This document shows positions 16,873 to 28,640 of a stretch of DNA of 64,000 nucleotides, in pieces. The stretch comes from Bacteroidota bacterium. Its GTDB lineage: Bacteria; Bacteroidota; Bacteroidia; Bacteroidales; FEN-979. The stretch spans positions 108 to 64,107 of the forward strand of contig VGGL01000005.1 in assembly GCA_016868575.1 (NCBI GenBank). The letters run 5' to 3'. The position numbers were made by a program, and so were the translations under genes. A model generated the notes under the pieces. That model did no database searches. It was not told the origin of the DNA and saw only the letters and a list, made by a program, of their open reading frames with translations. Positions within the stretch are counted from its first letter, which is position 1; every line of letters begins with the position of its first letter.

Positions 16873-17745
16873 ATGATCGTTACATCTAAATTAACCGGAG
16901 CATTTTTCCTTCTTAGGAAATATAGCGTACTATTCCGGTTTGCAAGATGGTTCCTATTGATCAACTTCCTCCTCTCCTTTCAGCCAACTCATTCCCAATG
17001 CCTCGGCAAAAATCTGGCCTTCCGTTCAGGCGAGATCATGCAGTTTGATGCTTACTACAACTGGGGCTTGCTCCGGGTGAAGGCCGGAAAAGCGGAATTT
17101 ACCACCGCGATGGAAGAGAAGGATGGCGAAAGCCTTTTTCACATCAAAGCAACGGCGCATTCCCTTTCTTCCTGGGACTGGTTTTTCAAAGTGCGGGATA
17201 CTTATGAAACCTGGGTTGACACTTGCCGGCTGTATCCCAGGGAATTCATCCAGCAAACCTCCGAAGGCGGATATCAGGCATACAATCGCTTCGCGTTTGA
17301 CAGAAATCTGCGGTCGGTTAAAACCTTCCATTCTGAAAAAGGAAAAGAACTTAAAGAAACTACACTTCAAACTGAAAAACCTGCCTTCGATGTTATGAGT
17401 GCAGCCTATGCCGCCCGATCCATCGACTATTCCAAAATGAGTCCAGGCGATAAGATCCCCATCAACATCATCCTGAACAATGAGATTTTTACCCTCTATT
17501 ACAGATACCTCGGCAAGGAGGTGGTCAAGAATATCGATGGACACCATTATCGCTGTCTCAAGTTCTCAGCCATGGCGGTCGAAGGAACCATCTTCAAAGG
17601 GGGCGAGGACCTCTTTGTGTGGGTTTCGGATGATCAGAACCACGTCCCGGTCAAGGCTGAATCAAAAATCCTGGTCGGATCTGTAAATGTTTTCCTGACC
17701 AAGGCTAAAAACTTGCGGTATAAGGTGACGTGTATCGTTGACTGA
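16873..17745 (+). CDS. DUF3108-like secreted protein
   Basis: The pattern FRSGEIMQFDAYYNWGLLRVKAGKAEF...FKVRDTYETWVD...YPREFIQQTSEGGY matches my recollection of DUF3108. This was not verified by search. Confidence 0.55.
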   Translation: MIVTSKLTGAFFLLRKYSVLFRFARWFLLINFLLSFQPTHSQCLGKNLAFRSGEIMQFDAYYNWGLLRVKAGKAEFTTAMEEKDGESLFHIKATAHSLSSWDWFFKVRDTYETWVDTCRLYPREFIQQTSEGGYQAYNRFAFDRNLRSVKTFHSEKGKELKETTLQTEKPAFDVMSAAYAARSIDYSKMSPGDKIPINIILNNEIFTLYYRYLGKEVVKNIDGHHYRCLKFSAMAVEGTIFKGGEDLFVWVSDDQNHVPVKAESKILVGSVNVFLTKAKNLRYKVTCIVD

Positions 17746-17758
17746 ACATGATCTTTTA

Positions 17759-17766
17759 TACTTTTG
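17759..17766 (+). promoter_or_regulatory. -7 box (TAnnTTTG) upstream of the S9 peptidase gene
   Basis: TACTTTTG. The ORF-track TTG start (17764) lies inside this box, which favours the ATG at 17800. Confidence 0.45.
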
Positions 17767-17799
17767 CTGATAAGGAGCACATCATTAAATCCATTACAT

Positions 17800-19890
17800 A
17801 TGATCAGAAAATCGTTGATGTTACTGCTGGCAGTGACCGCAGCCATCCTCATCGCCTCGTGCGACAGTTCAAAGAAAGATGAAACACCGGTCATCGGCAA
17901 GCCGGAGATCAAGATCAACAGCGACCGGATGACACCGGAGGTGCTCTGGTCTTTCGGACGGGTTACCGAACCGGCCATCTCCCCCGACAACCAGGCCATT
18001 CTGTTTGGGATCACCTATTATGACATCGCCCAAAACAAAGGAAACCGGGAGTTATATTCAATGCCCGTTGCCGGCGGTGAGATCACCCGGCTCACAACCA
18101 CTCCCAAAGGTGAGAACAATGCCATCTGGCGACCGGACGGAAAAAAAATCGGTTTTGTTTATATTGATGATAATGACGTTCCTCAAATATGGGAGATGAA
18201 TCCCGATGGTTCAGGAAGGATTCGGATATCGGCAGTTCCTGAAGGAGTCACCGGATTTTCCTATGCCCCAGATCAGCAAAAGATCCTCTACACCAGTGAA
18301 GTCAAGCTCGACAGCACGGCGCAGGATATCAATAAAGACCTTCCCCTTTCAACCGGCAAAATATTTTCTGACCTGATGTACCGGCACTGGGATTCATGGG
18401 TGGAGACCTACAGTCACATTTTCATTGCTGATTATGATGGTAAACAGATCAACAATCCCATCGATATCATGAAAGATGAAAAGTGGGAAAGTCCCATCCG
18501 GCCTTTTGGCGGCATGGAACAGATCACCTGGAGCCCCGACAGCAAATCAGTTGTTTACGCCAGCCGGAAAAAGCAGGGGAAAGAATATGCTGTGTCTACC
18601 AACTCCGATTTATATCAGTATCAACTTGAAACGGGTAAAACCACGAATCTCACTGTAGGGATGAATGGCTATGACCTGAACCCGGTCTTTTCACCCGATG
18701 GCTCAAAACTGGCCTGGGAATGCATGGAACGTGACGGCTACGAATCGGACAAGATCAGGTTGTTTGTGATGGATGTGGCTTCAAAAGAAAAAACCGACTA
18801 CTCCGCCAACTTTGACCAAAACGCCGAACGCCTTGCATGGGGTGATGATAATACCATCTGGTTCATCAGCGATTACCAAGCAACTGATGATATCTATAAA
18901 CTACTCCTCTCTACCAAAGAGATCACCGGGCTCACCAAAGGGATCCACAACTTCACCGGGGTCTTCCCTGCCGGTGACAAGCTGATCGCCACCCAGGTCT
19001 CCATGTCGAAACCTGCAGAGATCTATGCCGTTGATCCTGCCACAGGCGCTGAAAGCCAGCTCACCTTTGTGAACAAGGAGACACTTGACCAACTGGCATT
19101 GGGCGAAGTGCGTCAGCGTTGGGTGAAGACCACCGACAACAAACAAATGCATGTATGGATGATCTACCCTCCCCATTTCGATTCCACCAAAAAATATCCG
19201 GCGCTGCTTTATTGTGAAGGGGGTCCTCAAAGTACCGTATCTCAGTTCTGGTCGTACCGTTGGAACTTCCAAATGATGGCCGCCAACGATTATATCATTG
19301 TCGCTCCAAACCGCCGGGGATTGCCCGGTTTTGGCAGGGAGTGGAATGAGCAGATCAGTGGGGATTATGGCGGACAGAACATGAAAGATTACCTCACAGC
19401 CATCGATGCCTTGAGCAAGGAACCTTACATCGATGCCAACCGGCTGGGCGCAGTTGGAGCAAGTTACGGTGGTTTCTCCGTTTTCTGGCTCGCAGGCAAT
19501 CACCAGAAGAGATTTAAGGCTTTCATCGCCCACGACGGGATGTTCAACCTCGAAGCGCAGTATCTTGAAACCGAAGAGATGTGGTTCGTCAACTGGGACC
19601 TTGGCGGGCCCTTCTGGGATAAAACAAATGCCATTGCCCAAAGGACTTACTCCACTTCCCCCCATAAGTATGTGCAGAACTGGGATACCCCCATCCTGGT
19701 CATCCATGGTGCCAATGATTACCGGATCGCCTTTACCCAGGGGATGAGCGCTTTCAATGCGGCCATTCTCCGGGGGGTTCCTGCTGAGTTCCTCTATTTC
19801 CCGGATGAAAATCACTGGGTGCTGAAACCCCAGAACGGCATTCTCTGGCAGCGTACCTTCTACCGGTGGCTTGACCGGTGGCTGAAATAA
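17800..19890 (+). CDS. S9-family serine peptidase (prolyl oligopeptidase / acylaminoacyl-peptidase type), lipoprotein
   Basis: Lipobox AILIASCDSS. TolB-like propeller repeats (SPDxxxI). Nucleophile elbow GASYGGF and the C-terminal HG..D..I catalytic region. Confidence 0.85.
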   Translation: MIRKSLMLLLAVTAAILIASCDSSKKDETPVIGKPEIKINSDRMTPEVLWSFGRVTEPAISPDNQAILFGITYYDIAQNKGNRELYSMPVAGGEITRLTTTPKGENNAIWRPDGKKIGFVYIDDNDVPQIWEMNPDGSGRIRISAVPEGVTGFSYAPDQQKILYTSEVKLDSTAQDINKDLPLSTGKIFSDLMYRHWDSWVETYSHIFIADYDGKQINNPIDIMKDEKWESPIRPFGGMEQITWSPDSKSVVYASRKKQGKEYAVSTNSDLYQYQLETGKTTNLTVGMNGYDLNPVFSPDGSKLAWECMERDGYESDKIRLFVMDVASKEKTDYSANFDQNAERLAWGDDNTIWFISDYQATDDIYKLLLSTKEITGLTKGIHNFTGVFPAGDKLIATQVSMSKPAEIYAVDPATGAESQLTFVNKETLDQLALGEVRQRWVKTTDNKQMHVWMIYPPHFDSTKKYPALLYCEGGPQSTVSQFWSYRWNFQMMAANDYIIVAPNRRGLPGFGREWNEQISGDYGGQNMKDYLTAIDALSKEPYIDANRLGAVGASYGGFSVFWLAGNHQKRFKAFIAHDGMFNLEAQYLETEEMWFVNWDLGGPFWDKTNAIAQRTYSTSPHKYVQNWDTPILVIHGANDYRIAFTQGMSAFNAAILRGVPAEFLYFPDENHWVLKPQNGILWQRTFYRWLDRWLK

Positions 19891-19913
19891 CCAAACTACC
19901 TGTTGTTTCGATC

Positions 19914-20669
19914 ATGAACGAACAAATTGCTCGGGCGGCTGAAATCCTTCAAGCATCAAAATTCACAACGGCCTATACCGGCGCAGGTATCTCCGTGGAG
20001 AGCGGTATTCCCCCTTTCCGCGGAGATGGCGGACTGTGGAGCAAATATCCGCCCGAATCACTGGATATTGACTATTTCCTGAGAGATCCTGAAGGATCGT
20101 GGAAAGTGATCCGGGAGATATTCTTTGATTTCTTCAAGCAAACAAAATACAATCAAGCCCACTTTCTCCTGGCAGAGATGCAGAAACATGGCCTCATACA
20201 CCGCATCATCACCCAAAATATCGACAACCTCCACCAGGAAGCCGGTAGCACCCAAGTCTTTGAGTTTCACGGCAACTCAAAATCCCTGATTTGCCTGGTG
20301 TGTCTTCAGGCCTATCATGCCAGCGAGGTCGACCTGTCGGTTTTGCCTCCACGGTGCTCCTGCGGCGGGCTGCTGAAGCCCGATTTCGTCTTCTTCGGCG
20401 AACCCATCCCCATGGATCCGCTGAATGCGGCTCATGAAGCCGCCCGATTGTCAGATGTTTTCCTCATCATTGGCACCACCGGGGAAGTCATGCCGGCAAA
20501 CATGATCCCTCCCATGGCCAAAGCAAACGGGGCTAAAATCATTGAGATTAACCCGGAAGAGTCGAATTATACCCGAAAAATCACCGATGTCTTCCTGAAG
20601 GGAAAAGCAACAACGATGATGCAAGCCTTGTATGATGCGTTATTTTCCCCGCCCCTGGAGAATAATTAA
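19914..20669 (+). CDS. cobB: NAD-dependent protein deacylase (Sir2/CobB family)
   Basis: GAGISVESGIPPFRG, TQNIDNLHQEAG, a Zn-ribbon (CLVC...CSCGG) and LKPDFVFFGE. Confidence 0.85.
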   Translation: MNEQIARAAEILQASKFTTAYTGAGISVESGIPPFRGDGGLWSKYPPESLDIDYFLRDPEGSWKVIREIFFDFFKQTKYNQAHFLLAEMQKHGLIHRIITQNIDNLHQEAGSTQVFEFHGNSKSLICLVCLQAYHASEVDLSVLPPRCSCGGLLKPDFVFFGEPIPMDPLNAAHEAARLSDVFLIIGTTGEVMPANMIPPMAKANGAKIIEINPEESNYTRKITDVFLKGKATTMMQALYDALFSPPLENN

Positions 20670-22058
20670 GGCGGTGTAGATCAGGATTTTGAAATCCATG
20701 GCCAGGGACATATTCTCGATGTACAGCAGGTCGTAGTTCAGCCTTTCGAGCATCTGATCAACATTCTCAGCGTAACCGTATTTGACTTGTCCCCACGATG
20801 TAATGCCGGGCTTAACCTTATGCAGCAACTTGTAATGCGGGGCACGCCGAACGATCTGGTCAATGAAGAACTGTCGTTCAGGACGAGGGCCCACGATGCT
20901 CATATCGCCTTTCAATACCGTGAAGAATTGGGGAATTTCATCCAGGCGAACTTTACGGAGAAACTTACCGAAGGGGGTTATCCGGCTGTCGTTTTTGGAT
21001 GAGAGCTGCGGAACGCCACCTTCGGCATTTTTATACATGGTTCTAAACTTGTGCATCACAAAGGGCCTGCCTCTCAGTCCGATCCGTTGCTGGCTGTAAA
21101 TAATGGTACCTTCAGAAGTCATCTTGATCCGTATAGCCACAAAGATCATGACCGGTGATAACAGGATGATTGCAATGACTGAAAATACAATATCGATCAC
21201 TCGCTTCAGCGACATTTGCCAGGCCGGCATCAGGTCGGGCGATATGGATATCATGGGCGCCGTGAAAATGGAGGTGGTCTTCACCGTTCCCATAATGATA
21301 TCTTGCACGTCAGGCATAATCTTGATGACCACATCGGTGTCGATCAGGCGGTTGATGATATTCTGAATGGTGTTATGTTCCGAACGTTCGATGGCAATAA
21401 TTACCTCCTCAACCTTGTGCTGGTCGATGATCTCCTTGAGCTGGTCAATATTGCCCAGGTGAGGCAGGTATTCCGACAACTTATACTCATTATAGCCCAC
21501 AGCGTTTACGAAGCCGATAAAGGAATTACCTGAAGAAAGCTCCTGACCGATGATATCGCGGTAGGCTTTAATCGCATTTCCGTTGCTTCCGATGATGATC
21601 GTGGGAAAACCGATCTTTCCATGATGTATCCTGATGGCCGTTATGGTAGTAATGATGAACCTGACCGAAGCGGTAAAGAACAAGTGGATAAAGAACAGGG
21701 CCAGGAAGAACTGAAGATAGGTTTTATTGGTCTTGATTACGTCATCCAGGATGAGGGTGAAAAAGATGATGGTCACGCCAAGGAAAGTGATCAGGATCGT
21801 TTGACTCAATTCACGGAGTCGCGATTTATGGTATATCTTGCGATAGGTGCCGATCATCACATACAGAATCAGCCAGAATACCGGGATAATGGTGATGCCG
21901 AGGTAGAGGTTTGGATCACCGAAGATGATTTCGATGTGTGAAAAGATCGTCGGATCAACCGTGTATTTCCTGTAGATGAAAAAGATGGTCCAGGCCACTA
22001 CCGCAGAGATCAGATCTGCAATAACATATTTGGCTACCTGTAGTCTTTTATTCACCAT
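20640..22058 (-). CDS. Polyprenyl-phosphate sugar phosphotransferase (WbaP/EpsL-like initiating transferase)
   Basis: Multi-span N-terminus plus the bacterial sugar-transferase core KRVIDIVFSVIAIILLSPV...HKFRTM...DEIPQFFTVLKGDMSIVGPRP. Confidence 0.85.
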   Translation of the reverse strand: MVNKRLQVAKYVIADLISAVVAWTIFFIYRKYTVDPTIFSHIEIIFGDPNLYLGITIIPVFWLILYVMIGTYRKIYHKSRLRELSQTILITFLGVTIIFFTLILDDVIKTNKTYLQFFLALFFIHLFFTASVRFIITTITAIRIHHGKIGFPTIIIGSNGNAIKAYRDIIGQELSSGNSFIGFVNAVGYNEYKLSEYLPHLGNIDQLKEIIDQHKVEEVIIAIERSEHNTIQNIINRLIDTDVVIKIMPDVQDIIMGTVKTTSIFTAPMISISPDLMPAWQMSLKRVIDIVFSVIAIILLSPVMIFVAIRIKMTSEGTIIYSQQRIGLRGRPFVMHKFRTMYKNAEGGVPQLSSKNDSRITPFGKFLRKVRLDEIPQFFTVLKGDMSIVGPRPERQFFIDQIVRRAPHYKLLHKVKPGITSWGQVKYGYAENVDQMLERLNYDLLYIENMSLAMDFKILIYTALIILQGRGK

Positions 22059-22083
22059 CGGGATGTCGACTTATCGTGTTGAT

Positions 22084-22953
22084 CTATCTGGTTACCAGTT
22101 TAATATTGTCAAAGTAGATTTTTGCTTCTGAGGTTCCATCATCCTTAAAACCACCAAAGAATACCTTGTACTCAAGGGCCGTTGGAAAGGAGGCTACCGC
22201 CAGGGACAGGTCCACGTATATTTTTTTCCAGACACCATTTGTCTTATTCACGACCATCACTGGATGCTGTTGCACCGAACTCAGGCTTTGGGCAAATATG
22301 CCGATTGTAAAAGCCTGTTCGGTATTGAAGTTCAGTTCCAGAAAAACGGGTTTATTGCGTGTCAGGATCAATCCGTCTTTGTTGGCGATCTCAAAAAAGT
22401 TCAGGGAATCAGTCAGGGTAATCATACCGGAATGAAGCCCTTCGAAAACCGGTCCCGGGGGAGTGAGTTTCACTGAAACCTTGCTGTTTCTGGTGGAATC
22501 AATCGAAACAGCGATATCTTCGAAATCTTCTATCCAGGTGAATTCGGTATTGTCGTAATACCTTACCGAAGGGGAGAAGCTAAGAATGCTGTCAGGGATC
22601 AGGACGACATCCTTGGTGAAGGGTTTGAAGAAAGGGTAAGCTGTTCGTGTGGCGCCGATCCCGTTTTTCTTGACTCCGGCATAGATGCTGAGTTCGTGTG
22701 TTCCTTCTTTCAATACCGGGAAGGTGGCCGGGAGTTCAAAAGCTCCGATGAACGTACCATCAACATAAACCCAGGCATCTGTGATATTGTAGGAGGCTGT
22801 TCCCTGGGTGGAATGATCGGTTGTGAGGAAGATGGAATCGATATGGATATAGGCGGGAATGGTCTGATCGGATTCGAACTTGTCACAACCGAGAAACATC
22901 GGGATCAATAGGGAGAATAGGAAGAGCCTGGAAAAGGGTAGAGATATTTTCAT
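22084..22953 (-). CDS. Hypothetical lipoprotein
   Basis: MKISLPFSRLFLFSLLIPMFLGCDK lipobox. I recognised no family. Confidence 0.5.
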   Translation of the reverse strand: MKISLPFSRLFLFSLLIPMFLGCDKFESDQTIPAYIHIDSIFLTTDHSTQGTASYNITDAWVYVDGTFIGAFELPATFPVLKEGTHELSIYAGVKKNGIGATRTAYPFFKPFTKDVVLIPDSILSFSPSVRYYDNTEFTWIEDFEDIAVSIDSTRNSKVSVKLTPPGPVFEGLHSGMITLTDSLNFFEIANKDGLILTRNKPVFLELNFNTEQAFTIGIFAQSLSSVQQHPVMVVNKTNGVWKKIYVDLSLAVASFPTALEYKVFFGGFKDDGTSEAKIYFDNIKLVTR

Positions 22954-23032
22954 GCCATTGTTCGAAAACGATATTATAATTCCCAACGGAGATACCGTTT
23001 TAATATTGTCATTCTTTCCGCTTGATGAAAAA

Positions 23033-24028
23033 TTAGGTCAGGTTGGCGCTGGATTCATTGATCTTGTCAATGATCCGGTAAGCTACATCCAGCGCATTGT
23101 ACCCGTCGTTGATGGTTACCGGTGGGGTGGTATCGCTGATAATGGCCTGGTAGAAACTCTCCAGTTCCGTCCGGATGGCGTTGATGGGTTTGATCTCCGG
23201 TTTTTCAAACAAGATCTGCTTTTTCCCTTTTCCTTCACCCAGATCGATAACAAATGGAAATGCTCCCGAGGTGGTGGCACCCACCTCTTTCATCCTGACG
23301 ATTTCGGTGGTTTTGTTCAGGAAGTCTACGGAAATGTAAGCATCCCGCTGAAAAAACCGGGACTTTCTCATATCCTTTACCGAAATCCGGCTGGCTGTGA
23401 GATTGGCTACACACCCATTGACAAATTCGATGCGTGCGTTGGCAATATCAGGGGTATCACACACCACCGATACGCCACTGGCACTGATTCTCCGAACATC
23501 TGATTTCACCACACTCAGCACGATGTCGATGTCATGGATCATCAGGTCGAGGATCACCGGGACATCTGTACCCCTGGGGTTGAACTGTGCCAGGCGGTGT
23601 GATTCGATGAACATCGGCCGGTTGAAAAAAGGCTCCACAGCCAGGAAGGCAGGATTGAATCGTTCCACATGACCTACCTGTACCTTAACATTGGCTTCTT
23701 CAGCGACCTGTATCAATTCCTTTGCTTCATCCAGGGAGGTGACGATCGGTTTTTCGATGAACACATGTCGGTTCTTCTTCAATGCTCCCGATGCACATTC
23801 AAAATGCCGGATGGTGGGCGTTACAATATCTACCACATCCACCGCATCGATCAATTCTTCCTGTGACTGGAAACGCCGGATAGAGAACTCCTTCTCCACT
23901 TTTGTTGAGATGTCGGGATCAGGATCAAAAAAACCTGCAAATTCATAAGCTTCAATTTCCTTGATGCAACGGATATGAATTTTTCCCAGGTGTCCGGCAC
24001 CCAATACACCTATTCGAAGACGTTTCAT
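23033..24028 (-). CDS. Gfo/Idh/MocA-family NAD(P)-dependent oxidoreductase
   Basis: N-terminal Rossmann motif MKRLRIGVLGAGHLGKIH. The length and EKP motif (VFIEKP) are typical of the family. Confidence 0.8.
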   Translation of the reverse strand: MKRLRIGVLGAGHLGKIHIRCIKEIEAYEFAGFFDPDPDISTKVEKEFSIRRFQSQEELIDAVDVVDIVTPTIRHFECASGALKKNRHVFIEKPIVTSLDEAKELIQVAEEANVKVQVGHVERFNPAFLAVEPFFNRPMFIESHRLAQFNPRGTDVPVILDLMIHDIDIVLSVVKSDVRRISASGVSVVCDTPDIANARIEFVNGCVANLTASRISVKDMRKSRFFQRDAYISVDFLNKTTEIVRMKEVGATTSGAFPFVIDLGEGKGKKQILFEKPEIKPINAIRTELESFYQAIISDTTPPVTINDGYNALDVAYRIIDKINESSANLT

Positions 24029-24050
24029 GAGGATATCTCTTTTACATTGG

Positions 24051-24058
24051 CAAAGTTA
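24051..24058 (-). promoter_or_regulatory. -7 box (TAnnTTTG on the minus strand) upstream of the oxidoreductase gene
   Basis: Plus-strand caaagtta equals TAACTTTG on the minus strand, 23 nt upstream of the start at 24028. Confidence 0.4.
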
Positions 24059-24113
24059 GCGTTATTTGCCAAAATGCTTACTTTAGCAGCAGATATTTAG
24101 ATGATCATTCAAT

Positions 24114-24767
24114 ATGCCGGTCAACCTGGAGGACTCTTTCAGACACAAAGGCTTACGTAAACAACTGGTAGAAACGATCCGCCGAAAAGGTATCTCCGAT
24201 CCTGAAGTGTTGCGTGCCATGGAGACCATTCCCCGCCATTTCTTCTTCGATTCCTCCTTTATCTCTTTTGCATATGAAGATCAACCTTTTCCAATTGGTG
24301 AAGGACAGACGATTTCACAACCATATACCGTTGCCTTTCAATCCGAATTGCTTCGAATCAAAAAAGGGGACAAAGTGCTGGAGGTGGGGACCGGTTCCGG
24401 ATACCAGGCATCCATTCTGGCCGAAATGGGCGCCAAGGTCTTCAGCATCGAACGGATCAAACCACTCTACCTCAAAGCCAAGGAAATACTTCCGAAAATG
24501 GGGTATCCGGTCAAGGTATTCTATGGAGATGGGTATAAAGGGCTGCCCGGGTTTGCACCTTTCCACAGGATCATTGTAACGGCCGGTGCACCTGACATCC
24601 CTGAACCCCTGATTGAACAGCTCAAACCCGGCGGCATCCTGGTCATCCCTGTCGGGAAAGGAGATATCCAGATCATGAAAACACTGGAAAAAGATGACAA
24701 CGGACAAGTCCGGATCACCGATCATGGAACATTTCGGTTTGTCCCTCTATTGGAAAATAGATCGTAA
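24114..24767 (+). CDS. pcm: Protein-L-isoaspartate O-methyltransferase
   Basis: GQTISQPYTVA, VLEVGTGSGYQASILA and the overall 217-aa length. Confidence 0.9.
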   Translation: MPVNLEDSFRHKGLRKQLVETIRRKGISDPEVLRAMETIPRHFFFDSSFISFAYEDQPFPIGEGQTISQPYTVAFQSELLRIKKGDKVLEVGTGSGYQASILAEMGAKVFSIERIKPLYLKAKEILPKMGYPVKVFYGDGYKGLPGFAPFHRIIVTAGAPDIPEPLIEQLKPGGILVIPVGKGDIQIMKTLEKDDNGQVRITDHGTFRFVPLLENRS

Positions 24768-24796
24768 TTCAATGGTTTTATTATCTATACAAAAAA

Positions 24797-25216
24797 ATGT
24801 GTTATGAAACGAGTATTCTTTTATTTGCCATCCTGGCATTTCTGTTTACCTGTCAATCAGAAAAGGTGAACTTTAACCAGCTTCAGAACCGAAGCGGCAT
24901 CTTTTAAAAGATGAATGATCAGTATCCGTTTTCAGGATCAGTAGAGTCATTTAGTGATGGGAAGAAAGAATTTGAGGGAAACGTGAAAGACGGTCTGCGT
25001 GAAGGTCTGTGGGTTTATTACTATCCATCCGGACAGAAAAAATCGGAAGGATGTTTTAAAAATGGTGTGAAAAATGGAACCTGGAACTATTATGCGGAAA
25101 ATGGTTCTTCGCTTGGAACGGAAAACTACAAAGACGGCACGCGGCTGGGCAACCAGGTGATGCCGGAAGAAGGTGATACTACTGCACCTGAAGAAGGGGT
25201 TGAATTGGTTTCTTAG
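24797..25216 (+). pseudogene. MORN/YwqK-like repeat lipoprotein gene interrupted by an in-frame TAA (24905-24907)
   Basis: The ATG at 24797 encodes MCYETSILLFAILAFLFTCQSEKVNFNQLQNRSGIF, then TAA. The same frame continues K-MNDQYPFSGSVESF...GLREGLWVYYYPSGQKKSEGCFKNGVKNGTWNYY (MORN-like repeats). Confidence 0.55.
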
Positions 25217-25716
25217 CCTTTTGCTGTTAGCGTGAAAATGCCCTCAAACAGGCTGATGTTGATGGGCACTATACCTGAAACGATCAACAGCAAAACCACC
25301 TGAATGATCGCGAACAGCGTAATGAAATAATATCTGTTCTTGCCCTGAGAAAAAACCTGGGTAAACCCGGCAAAAGCCTGAACTACGATCCATACAACCA
25401 GGATTCCTGAAACGCCTGAAAAGAAGGCACCGATCACGCTCCAGAAAGACCGGTTGGCCACGCCATAATCCATCACGTACAAGTACTCCGAATAATTCCG
25501 GTACAATATCTGGTAGAGTACGAGGGCAATCACCAGTACGGCAAACAGGTGCATCAGGTAAGCGGCTTTGGCCACATATTCCATCATGCCACTCTCGTCA
25601 TCTCTCCGTCGGGCAAGTCTGAGCAGAAAGATCGTTGCCAGCGCCGTGATTATGGCCACTGCAATGAAGAGCATGCCAATATCACCAGGCATCCGGTGAA
25701 TAATTTCTTGTTCCAT
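25213..25716 (-). CDS. Hypothetical polytopic membrane protein
   Basis: About five hydrophobic spans and no recognisable motif. Confidence 0.45.
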   Translation of the reverse strand: MEQEIIHRMPGDIGMLFIAVAIITALATIFLLRLARRRDDESGMMEYVAKAAYLMHLFAVLVIALVLYQILYRNYSEYLYVMDYGVANRSFWSVIGAFFSGVSGILVVWIVVQAFAGFTQVFSQGKNRYYFITLFAIIQVVLLLIVSGIVPINISLFEGIFTLTAKG

Positions 25717-25777
25717 ATTAACTATCGAATGAAAAGTACTTATCCCTGGTCATCAGGCCGACACATGGCCAGGTCTA

Positions 25778-27070
<1,293 letters not shown>

Positions 27071-27610
27071 TTACTCCTGTTTGTTTTCAGTCCCGGCTTC
27101 CGGAGCGACAGTCTCGGCTTTTGGAGTTTCTGCGGGGGCTCCAGCTTTAGGTTCATCCGCGTGTTTAACGGCAGTTGTCTTTTTCTTCGCAGTTCCGCGA
27201 CGACGGCGTGTTGCCTTTTCCTTTGCTTCGGGAGCAGCCTCCAGCATATTTATGTTGTAATCAACCAGTTCGATGATCGCCATGTCGGCGTTGTCACCGG
27301 CACGTTGTCCGATTTTCAGGATGCGGGTGTAACCGCCCGGACGATTTGCGATCTTCTGCGAAATCTCACGGAACAGTTCAGAAACTGCTTTCTTATCCTG
27401 CAGATAGGTAAAAACGATCCTCCGGTTGTGGGTGGAATCATTCTTGGCCCGGTTGATCAGGGGCTCTACATAAGGCCGCAGAACCTTTGCCTTGGCCAGG
27501 GTGGTAGTGATCCGTTTATGTATGATCAGCGAAGCTGCCATATTGGACAACATTGCCTGCCGGTGCTCTTTTTTCCGACCTAAATTGTTGACTTTATCTC
27601 CGTGTCTCAT
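27071..27610 (-). CDS. rplQ: 50S ribosomal protein L17 with an Ala/Lys/Glu/Pro-rich C-terminal tail
   Basis: [25 protein letters not shown]. It holds the last position of the alpha operon. Confidence 0.95.
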   Translation of the reverse strand: MRHGDKVNNLGRKKEHRQAMLSNMAASLIIHKRITTTLAKAKVLRPYVEPLINRAKNDSTHNRRIVFTYLQDKKAVSELFREISQKIANRPGGYTRILKIGQRAGDNADMAIIELVDYNINMLEAAPEAKEKATRRRRGTAKKKTTAVKHADEPKAGAPAETPKAETVAPEAGTENKQE

Positions 27611-27616
27611 CGCTGT

Positions 27617-28609
27617 TTATTCCTTTTCCAGTTTATACTTCGATATATTCATTCCAAACTCCAGTCCTTTTGCCCGGACCAGTTCCTCGAGTTCTGTCAG
27701 TGACTTTTTTCCGAAATTCCTGAACTTCAACAGATCATTTTTATTATAGGCTACCAGGTCGCCAAGGGTGTCGACATCAGCAGCTTTCAGGCAGTTGAGG
27801 GCCCTTACGGAAAGGTTGAGGTCGATCAGTTTGGTCTTCAGCAGTTGTCTGACATGCAATGTATTCTCATCGAATTCGTCAGAAGCTTCCTTTTCTTCTG
27901 CTTCGAGTGTGATCTTTTCATCAGAGAACAGCATAAAGTGGTGGATCAGGATATGAGCCGCCTCTTTTAATGCACTCTTTGGGGTGATCGATCCGTCGGT
28001 GGCAATTTCCAGGATCAGTTTCTCATAGTCGGTTTTCTGCTCAACGCGGGTGTTCTCAATGGTATATTTCACATTCTTGATGGGGGTGTGAATGGAATCG
28101 ATAAAGATTTTCCCCGGTTGGGCATTGGCCACCTTGTTCTCTTCTGCAGGCACATATCCCCTTCCCTTGTTGATAGTGACCTCAATATTGACTCGCACCT
28201 TTTTCTCCAGGTGACAGATCAGCAGGTCAGGGTTCAATACCTGGAATACAGACAGGAACTTATTGATATCGCCTGCCTTGAATTCTTCCTGGTCACCTAT
28301 GACAATATTGACCTTTTCGGATTCCTCGGTATCCAATTGCCGTTTGAAGCGAATTTGCTTCAGGTTGAGAATGATCTCGGTGACGTCTTCGATCACTCCC
28401 TTGATGGTTGAGAACTCATGATCCACGCCATCAATCTTCACCGAAGTGATGGCATATCCTTCCAGGGAAGAGAGAAGGATCCTCCGTAAGGCATTTCCGA
28501 TGGTGATGCCGAAACCAGGTTCCAGCGGACGGAATTCGAACACTCCCCGGCTATCATCGGTTTCGATCATGACCACTTTTTCGGGCTTCTGAAATGCTAA
28601 TATTGCCAT
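27617..28609 (-). CDS. rpoA: DNA-directed RNA polymerase subunit alpha
   Basis: [14 protein letters not shown]...[17 protein letters not shown]. The start was moved to the ATG at 28609. Confidence 0.95.
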   Translation of the reverse strand: MAILAFQKPEKVVMIETDDSRGVFEFRPLEPGFGITIGNALRRILLSSLEGYAITSVKIDGVDHEFSTIKGVIEDVTEIILNLKQIRFKRQLDTEESEKVNIVIGDQEEFKAGDINKFLSVFQVLNPDLLICHLEKKVRVNIEVTINKGRGYVPAEENKVANAQPGKIFIDSIHTPIKNVKYTIENTRVEQKTDYEKLILEIATDGSITPKSALKEAAHILIHHFMLFSDEKITLEAEEKEASDEFDENTLHVRQLLKTKLIDLNLSVRALNCLKAADVDTLGDLVAYNKNDLLKFRNFGKKSLTELEELVRAKGLEFGMNISKYKLEKE

Positions 28610-28640
28610 ATCATGAAAATTAATAGTGTCAAATATGCTT

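Noticed and set aside
18901-19815. Long antisense ORFs opposite well-supported genes. Examples: 304 aa at 18901-19815 (opposite the S9 peptidase), 243 aa at 8833-9564 (hdrB-like), 241 aa at 54170-54895 (TPR protein), 210 aa at 31636-32268 (secY), 174 aa at 38529-39053 (rplV), 207 aa at 22880-23503, 198 aa at 50928-51524, 160 aa at 46695-47177.
   Set aside because: Each lies fully inside a gene on the other strand that has clear family motifs. Their translations are low-complexity or Arg/Gly/Pro-rich with no recognisable motifs, the typical pattern of shadow ORFs.
19914-20669. The Sir2-family gene as a possible SIR2-type anti-phage effector (Thoeris/DSR-like).
   Set aside because: It has the full canonical sirtuin deacylase motifs, including the Zn-ribbon and GAGIS/TQNID/FGE blocks, at a standard ~250 aa. 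It has no fused sensor domain or partner gene, so it looks like housekeeping CobB.
25717-25777. A possible terminator hairpin downstream of eno (cctgg..ggcc / ggccagg).
   Set aside because: The stem is short and interrupted by a 6-nt bulge, and the following T-run is only 4 nt. That is not convincing enough to annotate.
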